From Octopus vulgaris (Eukaryota): a DNA stretch of 64,000 nucleotides. The notes beneath the pieces were generated by a model, which did not search any database, was not told where the DNA came from, and saw only the letters and a program-made list of their open reading frames with translations. A program made the position numbers and the translations under genes. The stretch lies in the NCBI GenBank assembly GCA_951406725.2, contig OX597821.1, forward strand, positions 3,162,001 to 3,226,000, written 5' to 3'. This document shows, in pieces, positions 1 to 12,067 of this stretch; position 1 is the stretch's first letter; every line of letters begins with the position of its first letter.

Positions 1-54
1 AAAATTTCGTGATACTTCAAGAAATACTATAGTCTTGGAACATTTTTACTAGAG

Positions 55-352
55 GTACTCTCAGGTCCCAAATAATAGTGCGGTGGAATAAGCAGGTGGA
101 TTGGATATCTGCTTAAATTCGTATAAGCAGGTGCGTTCGAATAAATAGAGCGGTTGGAAAATCGGTTATTGTATAGTGATAGCTGTATAAGATTTAAATA
201 ACTTCCAGGTTGTCTCACTTGACGTCTTTAAAACCAGTTATTTACTCTCGGATCCCAAATAATGGCGGTGTTGGAATAAGCGAGTGGGTAGGACCTTTGC
301 TTAAACTCATATAAGAGGGTAGGCTGCAATAAACAGTGGTGGGTGGGAATCA
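55..352. repeat. Degenerate tandem duplication (two ~110-bp related units, period ~190 bp)
   Basis: tactctcaggtcccaaataatagtgcggtggaataagc (~56) matches tactctcggatcccaaataatggcggtgttggaataagc (~243); similarity continues through gcttaaa..tataag..aataaa. Confidence 0.7.
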
Positions 353-618
353 CTAAGTGTGTAGTGTATGTACGAAATTTAGGAAAAATGCCTCTTAAAG
401 CACATGTAACTACACAACGAGGCAAAATAAATTAACAAACAGCAAGTGAAATTAGCACATAGGTGTGCTTCAAACGTTCACATTAGTTAAGATATACAGT
501 TGGATAATAAAAATAAGACATCTGTTAATTATGGAAATTATGGAATTTCTTCATCAGGTGTCTTGGAGAAATTTCGAACCTGGGTTCTCATTCCTAAGGT
601 ATTTTTCGCTAATATAAA

Positions 619-740
<122 letters not shown>

Positions 741-2821
741 TGGTCACTGCTTGAAATCGAACTTACCGAAGGTTGGGTAAGCTTTGTGGTTCGTAACCCG
801 CTACATTCGAGGTAAGGCCGTTTTTATTGAAGAAAATATACCAATGTGGGGAATACATAATTAGTATCGTTGTCGTCTCCACTACGGATAAATTAAAATT
901 TTCATTAAACTATCCCGGCTTCCTAAATATATTTTCACCGTGACATCCACCCACATATTTCGAATATATTTATTTCATTCTCTGCATCTCATTCGAATAT
1001 CTTCCCCTAAAGGAACTCATCAAGAATTAAATAAAATCCGGTATTAGATGGTTTAAAATCATTAAGTATAATTATAAAGAAATTTTGGAAAGTAATTGAA
1101 TGGCCATCGACTATGTATTGATGAACTAAAATTGACTTCCGTTATTACCAAGAGTATTTGATTCACTCCAGGAAACCATACTTTAAGCATAGGTACCAGC
1201 ATGGCGAATATTTCAGAATTTTGAGAATAACATAATTCACTTGCACAGATTAGTATATAACCGCTGGCAGCAAAGGTTATCAATTTTGAAGAAGCCATGC
1301 AAGCTTCTCTATCTTCCTAAGGACAGTTCAAAATATCACTAATTCCTCTTCAGATATTCTACTTCATTTCCCAACATCAAATTGTATGTCGTATCTTATA
1401 ATAGATTGAGGGAGAATAAAATCTCCCTCTCAGCAAAATTCTAAATGCAGAAACAATTTAGTTTTCGATTAATAGTTCTTTTCTAACGTGTCTTAATAGA
1501 CAACCTTATTAAAGATAACATCAGTGAACATTAACGATATTCTATTATGCTACCGACAATTTCGCTTCTCTTTAATAACCAACTATCAATCATTGCCAAA
1601 TATGTTTACTAATTCACCAATATCTTGAACTTTCATTCAATTATGACCCTGAAATCTCAAAGCTTGTGTACACGAATTCCAGTGCACTTGTGTGCTTCGC
1701 TAACATATTTATCAAGTAATAATTTATCAAACTCTTAAACCTTTACCAATGGTTAAAATTATATATGAGATTGGAATTCGTTTGCAAAACGAGATTAATC
1801 ATTTGTGACACACAAATTAAAGTGCGCACATTTTCCACTATACTCGGTTCTTAATCTGCCAAGGAATGAATTTGTACCTTATTCATTTTGTAAAATATAT
1901 AGAATATATCAACTCACAAAACGTTTTATTTTCTATTTTATTGCTAAATAAACATTTCTAATAAATATTTCTGATAATGTTTCAAATTCTTATCATATAC
2001 GATATCAACATTTTTAAAAGAAATAAAGGAAATAGATCATCCAATCTAATAAATACGTTATTAAAACCTAGGATCAGGATTAATTTGTAAAGGGTTGCTT
2101 TTAATTTTGGTGTCAAAAATTGATTCCACTTTACTGGAAGCAATTTTGGTTCAGATTGTAACAAATTCTGAACTTATCGTGAAAAGGTCATGTTACAAGA
2201 TATTAGGACAACATTTGAAGACTTATTACGTCGTGTTTTATACGGAACAATTTGATGTGCTCGTTAACAGCTTCGGCGTTGGAGAATGTAGGGATTAAAG
2301 ATGCTGTTGAGTAAAAGGTATCTGACATGGAGGATTAGAGCCATCTGAGCATTAGAAAAGAGTTACCTGCACCATGATCAATGACGAAGGGTTTCAAAAT
2401 GCCCTGTAAACACTGTAAAGCTGTAACACGTAATATGGGCACCTGCAATTGAGAATTTGTGACCGAATGACCAGCAGGAAGAAAACATCAGGCATTCAGA
2501 CTACGTACACATACCCGAATTCAGCCCTACATCCTTGATCAGGACTTCAGGGTCAATTCAGACAGCCATAAGAAGTTACTGGGGATTGCTCCACTGGGTT
2601 GCTGCCGGAAGGCCACATAAGTGGCAGCAAGATTCAGCTTCTTCCTATATCTCCTGACAGGGTTAGAAGTGCTTGTCGGAGAATTTCTACGAGTTCCTAA
2701 CCCCAATTTTTATCGTCCTTATTCTCTCGGGTGTAATCTTGATGCGCATTTGGAGTGCTCTATCTGCAAACTAAGGCCGAACATGTTTGAATTTTTAAAA
2801 ATACTCTTAATCTTGTATCTT

Positions 2822-2870
2822 TAACTAGTTTCAGTCACCAGATTGCGGCCATGCTGGGGCACCACCTTGA
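2822..2870 (-). mobile_element. SINE family A 3'-tail fragment
   Basis: gtttcagtca...tgcggccatgctggggcaccacctt is the reverse complement of the family A tail. Confidence 0.7.
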
Positions 2871-3144
2871 ATGGAATATTGTATTTTCTTTTCGTTTCAT
2901 TCAAACGTCAAATTTAGCACGAACATCTTGTTCTTTCTTTAAAATAACATTCTACAGAAAAGGTTCATTTTTCGGTGATCCTGGTTATCGGTCGCACATG
3001 TATAAGTATATATTTTATGCTAACGTCGTCTCATACCTGAAATGTTACTTGCTCTGTACGGCATTTATCAGCTGGGTTTTTTTCAACTGAGCTACAGTTT
3101 TGCATCAAGATATGATGTTGAATATCACTCGGGTTTGTGGAATA

Positions 3145-3978
3145 TACGTAATCTGATCAATAAGTATCCGGACTGTTGCCATATTAACGACGTTAAAGCA
3201 CGCAGAGTAATGCCGCTTGGCACAGGTCAACCATGCACGGCGTTGTGCATGCACACAAATTTATAGCGTTCTGGGTCGCTTCCGCTGTTTCCAGCAGTGC
3301 TTGGAAGAAGGTGTGTTGCGTGTGATCATCGCAATGGTCATGACAGAAAAGTTGAGCAGAGAAACTGAATTAATTTTTTTCAAAAAGCTTGGCCATACCT
3401 GCTCAGAGGGCTACGCAAAATTTAAAAAAGATTTTCATCGTTCTCGACGCCATCATGGAGATCTAGTGCTACTGAAACCCGAGTGTCTTTTTGGTCAGCT
3501 GAAAGCAATTTTGACGCAAGCTTGGCGGATACGCGCCTCATACCCACATCTTCAGGGATACCGGACGGAACTGAACCGTAACTAATTTGCACATCCTCTG
3601 ATAACTCACGGATGGCGATTCGACGATTTCCCCTCACAAATGTTTTTCTCAGTTCTGCTTGTTGCAGGTCTCCCAGATCGTTCGACAATATCGACATTTT
3701 TCAGCCATGTTGGAAACATCTGAGCCACTCGTACACATTTGTGCGGCTCATGCACTACTCTCCATATGCCTTCTGCAACTTTGCGTAGGCCTCTGAGCAG
3801 GTATCGCCATGACAGCCTTCTCTGTCATGGTCAATGCCTTGATCACACGCTACACACCTTCCGTCCAAGCACTGCTGTAAACAGTGCAGAGTGCAAGGTC
3901 AAATTTTGCCAAGCGTCTCTTTTCTGCCTGATTCATTAGTATGGCAACAGTCCTAATATTTATTGATCAGACCTCGTA
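3145..3978. mobile_element. Non-autonomous mariner derivative with TIRs, TA flanks and two inverted 5' arms
   Basis: Left TIR tacgtaatctgatcaataagtatccggactgttgcc (3145); right TIR ggcaacagtcctaatatttattgatcagacctcgta (ends 3978); both begin TA. Confidence 0.9.
3422..3830 (-). pseudogene. Mariner transposase N-terminal HTH region, frameshifted; DDD domain missing
   Basis: NRRIAIRELSEDVQISYGSV...GMRRVSAKLASKLLSADQKDTRV fits mariner HTH2 plus the WVPxxL-equivalent linker; upstream GDTCSEAYAKLQKAYGE..MSRTNVYEW fits HTH1. Confidence 0.9.
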
Positions 3979-4074
3979 TCTTCAAGAACAGTTCAATCTG
4001 TGAAAATGTTTTACTCTTAAAACATTTATAATCGCTCGAGTTTGCAGAATTTCAATTCAGCGATTTTTAGAGAA

Positions 4075-4135
4075 ACGACTAAAGGTGGTGCTCCAGCATG
4101 TCCACAGTCAAATGACTGAAACAAGTAAAAGAGTA
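4075..4135 (+). mobile_element. SINE family A 3'-tail fragment
   Basis: cgactaaaggtggtgctccagcatgtccacagtcaaatgactgaaacaagtaaaagagta. Confidence 0.85.
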
Positions 4136-4431
4136 TATAATGTACGTTTCACAATTTTTGCGATATGAATCTTGCAAACTTACAGCAATGCTTGTAGAAT
4201 GTTTTTGCGCGCGCATGCGTGCTTGTGTGTTTGTGTGTTTGTGTGTGTATACGTTTTAATTACGTATACATTTGTGTAATTTATTCAATGAAGCGTGGTA
4301 CTGACTTTTAAACAATTTCAGCAACTCAACATCTCATACATTTGTACACTCAATTACATACACACACACACGCACACACACATATATATATATATAGGTA
4401 TATATATGTGTGTGTGTTTATATAGGGAAAG

Positions 4432-4625
4432 GTTACGAAAAAAACAAAAGACAAAGACAGGTGGTGTACAAAACAAACAGATGAATTAGTGTAACGCTCA
4501 GGAATAGAAAAAGTCTTTTACGTTTCGAGGCTACACTCTTCTACAGAAAGGGACACAGAAAAAACAAGGAGAGAAAAAATGTGTGTAGTGGCTAACGATC
4601 TATTATGGCGACACACGTATTCACT
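4432..4625 (-). mobile_element. Probable Penelope pseudo-LTR-type fragment with hammerhead-like motif
   Basis: Minus strand reads ctttctgtagaagag-tgtagc-ctcgaaacgtaaaag; embedded between dinucleotide repeats. Confidence 0.45.
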
Positions 4626-4667
4626 TGTACATATAGACATGCATGCGCGCGCATACGCGCGCACACG

Positions 4668-4768
<101 letters not shown>

Positions 4769-5664
4769 ACATACGTACACACATAATTATATATACGTGC
4801 ATGCACGCACACATTTATTTTCGTGCATTTTTATTCCCCTAGCTCCGGGCTATGGTGCATGAAATCATTATTTTCCTTATTATGAACTCGGCGAAAAAAG
4901 CATCGGTCCGAAACGTACGGAAAAATCTTCACAAAGCCTACAAACATAAAGAAACAATTCTACGCTGTATACATATTAACGCATTGAGATACACCCATAA
5001 ATATATACACACACATACATATAGACGTATTTACACATATATTGTAAAATATGATTATATCTATCATCATACGTATTTAGATGTTATGCTTTAGTTCTGT
5101 CCTGGCCTTAGCACTCATAATTCTTCTCTTCTTGATGTTATCTCAGTCGCTCTATGCTATCCTAAATGCGTTGCTTCCATCATCTTCTGGTGTTCTTCAC
5201 AACTATTCTATTGTATTTCTGTCTCCTGACTTCCAATTGGGTTACTCATTAAAATATCATATATTTTTCCAAGGAAAGTATAGGTTCATTAGCTTAATAC
5301 TTCTTTTTTATTTATCCCGTATAACAAAGCATTTTATTTTTCTTTGTAATATTTTGCAATTACCATTTTCTGGCCGTTGTTTGAACTCGAATATTTGATT
5401 TAGATTTATGCTCGCATACTTATCAGGTCATGACCAATTTTATGAACGTCTTAGGTCAAAATGTATTCGAGTACTATCTATTCATGGTTGAGTTGTCGGC
5501 AACTAAACAAACTAATAGAAGCTTTGCGCAGTTGTGAGACTGTCTGACAGCCGAGTAACATTATGAACATGAAGTTTCAAAGACGATCAGGCGCTACGGT
5601 GTACAACAACAGTCGCGTATTGGAGAGATTACAATTGATAAGCCTACCGAGTCAAATGCAATAC

Positions 5665-5872
5665 TTTACGTACTGAATTCAAATTACGGCGAGGTCGACT
5701 TTGCCTTTCATAATTCCGAGGTCGACTTTGACTTTCATATTTCGAGGTCGACTTTGCCTTTCATATTTTCGAGGTCGACGTTGCCCTTCACACTTTCAAG
5801 GTCGACATGCGTTTTATATTGTCAAGGTTGATTATTGCCTTCCATATTTCGAGGTCGACTTTGCCTTTCATG
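5665..5872 (+). repeat. Minisatellite of ~26-28-bp units (gaggtcgactttgcctttcatattttc), about 7 copies, derived from SINE family B
   Basis: Begins after tacgtactgaattcaaattacggc (family B box-B region); the unit equals the family B segment cgaggtcgactttgcctttcatcctttc. Confidence 0.9.
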
Positions 5873-5877
5873 TTAGG

Positions 5878-7330
5878 TAGTTGCATTCCTTTGCGTTAAG
5901 TTATTTCGATGTTGGTAAATGAGTGTGTTTAATTTGGTCATTGTTTTTGATTGTTGGTAGTTGACTACTCTTTCATAGTAGGTGGTATCTTGGAAGAGTT
6001 TTTGCCTTAATCAGTATCCATAATCACGACAGTGCTACCCTTATCTGGTTCTTTGATTGTGATGTCATCATTGTTTCGTAACTCATAGACGGTTTCTCAT
6101 TCCCTTTTATTGGTGTTGGATTTGGGTTTAGGTTGTTGAAGTTCTCTATAAAGAAAGTCTGAAATGTAGTCACAAAATTTGTCCAAAGTTTTGTTCTGCT
6201 TTTTGTGGGATTATATTTGCTTTTGTTACGGACCCTTGATTCGTCGTTATTAACTTCTTTGTCAGAAAAGTCCTCTGTTAGGCGTAAATTTCTGCAAAAG
6301 TTTGAGATATCATCCTGGATTTCACTCAGGCTAGGATATTGTGGGGTGGGTGTGAATTTTATTCCTTTTGAAAGGATTTTGATTTGTTGGGTTGACAGGT
6401 TTAGGTTTGAGAGATACAGTATTTTTGTTTTTTCAAGGTTGATATCTTCCATCTGGTGTCGTGAATTCTTTTGCTCTGGGGGTTCTTCTGTCTGCGGTAT
6501 TTTGGTGTGTGTTACTCTTTCCCCATTGATGTGTTGCCCAGTAAAGGGGTTTTGGTTATTCCGGTGTGTGAGTTGTTGGTGTGGCCTACTAGAGGGGTTT
6601 TGGTTATTCCAAGGTCTGGGTTGTTCGTACTTGGTGTAAGTTTGGTTCCTTAGAGTGGGCTGCAACATACAATCGTGGTTTAGAGGTGAATTACTATGTG
6701 ATGTCTGGAATCTCCGATTTTGGAACGATTCTTGTGTGTGCTGGGATCTAGAGTGTCTGGTTAAATGTTGTCTTTGGTTGGTGGGTGCCTGGGTTCAATT
6801 GATAGGGTTGTAGTTCTGATTGAAAGCTCTGTTGTTGTTGTCAACGTTAGGAGTGGTGCGTTTTTGTTTTCTTTGCTTTTGTTGAGGTGTGTGAGTTTTA
6901 ATTATTTTTATTTTTAGATATGGGTTGCTTGTAACGTGCTCGTTTTTAAACTCCTTTTCGTAATTGGCGAACTAGGTGTTTTTCCCCTCGTTGGAGAGAT
7001 GTTAGGTCTTAATCCTCACAGATTTTTCTCCAGAGCTTGGTGGTTTGATCAAAGAGTGCACCTTCACATCATTTCGCAGTTTCAGTTTGTATTTCGTTCT
7101 CAAGTGCCTTGATTTTTTTAGCTGGTATTGGCTCTTAGCCGTAACAGTTCTATTTCTGTTTTGAATTTTTCGAAAGCCAGACTCACACCATTCTCACCTC
7201 TAAGACGAGTCCACAAAACCACTGGACCATAACAGACTAGCCTAGAAACAAAAATTCCTTTTAATTCCACATTACTATTCCTCCCCCAACCAACCTCCCA
7301 CACTGTCCCTTCAAATAGCAAGCATTACTT
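5878..7330 (-). mobile_element. Penelope-like element, 5' part (N-terminal domain and start of RT), frameshifted and truncated
   Basis: ORF 6024-6668(-) has LSNLNLSTQQIKILSKGIKFTPTP...DISNFCRNLRL; after a frameshift, ELRNNDDITIKEPDKGSTVVIMD matches the PLE hallmark (ADKG..VVIMD). Confidence 0.92.
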
Positions 7331-7686
7331 AGCTACACAAAATACAGAGATTACGTGAAAAAGACAGATCGAATCCTCCCCGATTTTTTGTAAATTCTTA
7401 AATACATTTCCTTCTGTGTATATTTATAGTACCAAACAAACATGATTTTTATTGAACAGCTAATATTTTTTATTGAATTTTTTCTTAAACACTTTCTTGT
7501 AAACTGTTTTTAACATTTTCTTATTATTATCACAAAATGTATATATGCATTTTAATACGTTTGTGACAACCGGTACTTAACACAACAAAGCTTATACAAA
7601 GCTTTACATTTCACAATCTTCATCTAAAAAATGAAGCCGGTGAAATCAATAAACATCTTTGAAATTGCATTTTCAAACCTTCTTTC

Positions 7687-7717
7687 ATATATATATATAT
7701 ATGTATATATATAAATG

Positions 7718-7788
<71 letters not shown>

Positions 7789-7842
7789 ATGTATATATGT
7801 ATGTATATATATATATATATGTGTGTGTGTGCGTATATATAT
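7687..7842. repeat. (TA)n-dominated microsatellite
   Basis: Direct reading. Confidence 0.98.
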
Positions 7843-8165
7843 CATCTACGAGATTAACAATTCCTCTAACGAAATATATATGCATATTGAATTTTTTTGC
7901 CTTCAACCGATTTATGGCGATTTTTCAAGACAATTAGTAGGGAAAAACTGCGGTGTACGGGAACTACAACTAATGACACAAATAGGATTAGGCTTAGCTG
8001 CAATATGAGTAATGACAAACATAACAGAAACGCAACGAGTGGAAGAACGAGGGTAATTCAATGTGGACGCATACAACATCGAATATTCTATGAAAAATAC
8101 GTAGGTCATATTTTCTGTTAGTTATCTTTTTATTTAATCCTGAAAAAAATGTATGTATATATATA

Positions 8166-8310
8166 TATTTCAGTTCCCGTCTACAAAATCAGCTCACAAG
8201 GCTTTGAACGGGCCAAAGCTATAGTAGAAGACACTTGCGTAATGTGTGACGCAGCGGGACTGAACCCGGAACCATGTGGTTGGGAAGCAAGCTTCTTATC
8301 ACAGCTACAA
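8166..8310 (-). mobile_element. SINE family A (5' half)
   Basis: tttcagttcccgtctac...atagtagaagacacttgc...gggactgaacccggaaccatgtggttgg. Confidence 0.9.
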
Positions 8311-9593
8311 GCCTATTTTTATATATGTCTTTGTGTTAGTGTGTGTGGCCGTGTGTGTGAATATATATATATATATACATATATACAAACGTTTATATAT
8401 ATGTATATATATATAGTATATATAGAGGGGGAGAGAGTGAGAGAGAGAGTGAGGAAGAGAGAGAGAGAGAAGAGAGAGTGATGTGGAGATAGATAGCTAG
8501 ATAGATATGTTCGCAATTATTTATTGTGTATATAGGCAAATTATCCAGAATATCTTCGCATCTACGTAACTACACAATACACAACCGACCGTGTATTCAA
8601 ATATCGAAATGAAATCCATACCCTTTATATCGTCACTGTTGCTTATTGTATTTGTTATTTTAAACTAAACAGTGAATGAACGCATCAGTAGTGTATTATA
8701 GCGAGTTAGTAATAAACATCGACATTTATACCTAAATCAAACAGCGTGCAGCCATATAGAAATCACGTGAGCGCTTCTGTTTGCAGACACATGCTCACCC
8801 ATATATACACAATGAGATGCATATAGCCACATTCAGGTATCCCAGCCATGTGCTCTCAGATCATTATATTTTCCCTTTTTCAACAGTTATCTTCCGCCAC
8901 CCACCTCTTGTGTTCGTTGGAACATTAAGTGTTCACAGTCTTATAGTCTAGCTACCCCTATTGTACCTTCCCTCTCATCATTTCAATCTTAATTTTTACA
9001 TGCTTTACGTTTATTTTCTCGCTCTCTCTATCACTCTCTCTCTCTCTCTCTCTTTCTCCCATATTTCCTCTATCATGCTCTTTTACTCTTTCGATAATGC
9101 TATTCCTGTTGCCCAGACAGTTCTTTGTTTCTCTCTATCTCTCTTACTAAATACAAAAAAAACAAAACAAAAACGCATGTTCTCTATATGTTTTCCTATT
9201 TATTTCTCTAATTTCCTGGAAATAGGTCATTTCCTTACATCAAATCGAAACTCATGCTAGCATTAATATCATGTGAGTCATTTTGAGAAAAAAATCATTT
9301 CATCATAGATAAAAGTCATAAGGTAATATTTCCCACTCTATCCATCCGTCACTGTCTCTCGTTTCGCCGTTTCGCTCTATTCTTTCTAATTTTTGTAGCG
9401 CTGTCTATATTTACCTTTATATATCTCTTTCTGTCTGCTCTTTTTTTTTCAACACACACACACACACACACACACGCACGCACTCACATACATAGACAAA
9501 CACACGTACACGCCCAAGCACAAGTACATATAGGTGTATGCGTGCTTGTCTGCATAATTTTGTTCGTAACTGTAAGTGTACAACTAAGAATTC

Positions 9594-9608
9594 ATATGTA
9601 TGTATATA

Positions 9609-9695
<87 letters not shown>

Positions 9696-9731
9696 CCACA
9701 CGTACACATACACACATATATATATATACAC

Positions 9732-9771
<40 letters not shown>

Positions 9772-9779
9772 TGTATATG

Positions 9780-9833
<54 letters not shown>

Positions 9834-9842
9834 TACACACAC
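9594..9842. repeat. (TA)n/(CA)n/(TC)n compound microsatellite
   Basis: Direct reading. Confidence 0.97.
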
Positions 9843-10799
9843 AAGTATATATGATACACCACCACATTTACAAAATGTTTTCTACACGTTCCTTCACTCT
9901 CTCTCACACGTCCTTGCATTTTTCTCATTCCACCATCATCTTTAAACAAGTAAACATTATTAAATGATCTACTATTCACTCACTATCTCTCTATACGTAT
10001 GCATGTATATACATACATACATACATACACATATACACATACATACCCATTTATATACATACACGCGCCAACACACTCAAAAATCTACATACAGCTCCAT
10101 ATATTCACTCACATTTTGTCGTTTCTTGTAGATGTCTTTCCACTATCCACCAATAATCATTTTCTATTTCCATATTTTTCCGTCTCCCTCTCTTTAAATT
10201 CTGTATCGATCTGCTAATTTCTTTCACACCCTCCCTTATAGTACTTACCGTTTTCTTTTCTGCACACATCTTCATCCTCTTAAAGCACTCACTCTAATTT
10301 TCCATCGCTAGGTCTCACTCTCTTGTCAGTCTCTGAATTTTTCTCACTTATTCCAATCATATCTATCTCCATGCGAGTACTGTCCCTTTTTTTTTTCTTC
10401 CTCTGTTGATTATAATATTGCAACTGATGCGATAATCGTTGCATTAGTTAATAACGATTGCAAGTTTTGCTGTTTTATGTGATTGCAATGTTAATGGGAT
10501 TTTTCTCTATATTTTTATGACATGGTATATTTTTATGGGAGAAAAAATCAATAAATTTCATTTGTCCTTTGAAGTCAGTTCCTATTTATTGTCGTCGTGT
10601 TAATATAATGAACCTAGCAATTTTTGGTTTATATTCAAAATTGAATCTCTAGATTTGATAACGTCATAAACGCTATTAGATTGGTTGATAGTAAGAAAAT
10701 TCATATATACAAACATAACATATTTGCACACTTACGTTTCTCAACATAGACACACTCAACTATACACACAGAGAAAGCGCACGCAGGCTTGCACGTATG

Positions 10800-10823
10800 A
10801 TTATATATATATATATATATATA

Positions 10824-10909
<86 letters not shown>

Positions 10910-11261
10910 TATATATATATTTATGTATGTATGTATATAAGCATGTACATACATACATTTATGTGTGCGTGCACTGCGTTCTGTGAATCTGTGCGGTTTT
11001 CTTGGTATCTCCAATTTACATCAAAGGGAGCGTGCAATGTAAAAATGTCACACGACTATTTCACAAAATTTTCTTATTAAGTATGAGTATCAAGTGTGTT
11101 GTTATTTTTAATTTTTTTTATTTGAATATTTCCTGTTTAAAAAAAATCAAAATCAAAAAGCGAAAATCTCTGCATTGCATGCTTCCCTTTTGCATCGGTT
11201 AATGTGTAGTATGATGTTATTGATATATACATACATACAAACATATGTGTCCATATATTTG

Positions 11262-11313
<52 letters not shown>

Positions 11314-11344
11314 TATATATACATATACCATATATATGCATGTA

Positions 11345-11395
<51 letters not shown>

Positions 11396-11415
11396 GTGTG
11401 TATGTATATATGATA
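10800..11415. repeat. Cluster of (TA)n/(TACA)n microsatellites separated by short unique stretches
   Basis: Direct reading. Confidence 0.9.
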
Positions 11416-11511
11416 TGCATGTATATGAATTTGTATGCACAGAATACATTTCAATCGTGTATGAAATGCTAAACGACATATAGACAACATTGAAGGACTT
11501 CGTTGATAGCA

Positions 11512-11512
11512 T

Positions 11513-11582
<70 letters not shown>

Positions 11583-11593
11583 GCTACCACTAC
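11512..11593. repeat. (ACT)n microsatellite
   Basis: Direct reading; gives the poly-T/poly-V ORFs. Confidence 0.98.
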
Positions 11594-12067
11594 AGTAGAC
11601 ATACTAATAACAGTATTACTACGAAAATTTATTTTCATTAATAATGGGTACTTTTCAATATGTTATTTCTTTATAAATTTATTATTGCTATTTTCAATAT
11701 TATTGTCGTCATCAACACAATTAGTTTATCTTCAATTTCTATCAAACCCACCTCATTAATATTAATAGTAGCAATAGCAATAGTAGTTGTTATATCATAG
11801 TACGTCAGTCTTTCATGGGGGTATTAAGGTATTAGATATATTACGTTTTACAAAGACTGAAGCGAAAATGATTAGCAATAAGATAATTATGATTATATCT
11901 CGGAAATCTTCTGAATGAAATCTAAGTAAAACGGGGCTTTTATTAAAATATTTTCGTATAAGGAAATCTGTTTTCGTGTATCTTTTCATATATTATGACG
12001 AAAAATGTTTGTATTTTACTGACGAATTTCAAACTGGATCACACTGTTCTTTAATATTTATAATATA

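Noticed and set aside
2280-2700. GC-richer segment suspected to be an exon or TE ORF
   Set aside because: I found no long open frame or recognisable motif; probably an old TE fragment, left unassigned.
5690-5872. CRISPR array
   Set aside because: Units are contiguous with no unique 25-45-bp spacers, match a SINE segment, and the context is eukaryotic with no cas genes.
6205-6653. Cys/Trp-rich plus-strand ORFs
   Set aside because: Antisense shadow of the Penelope ORF.
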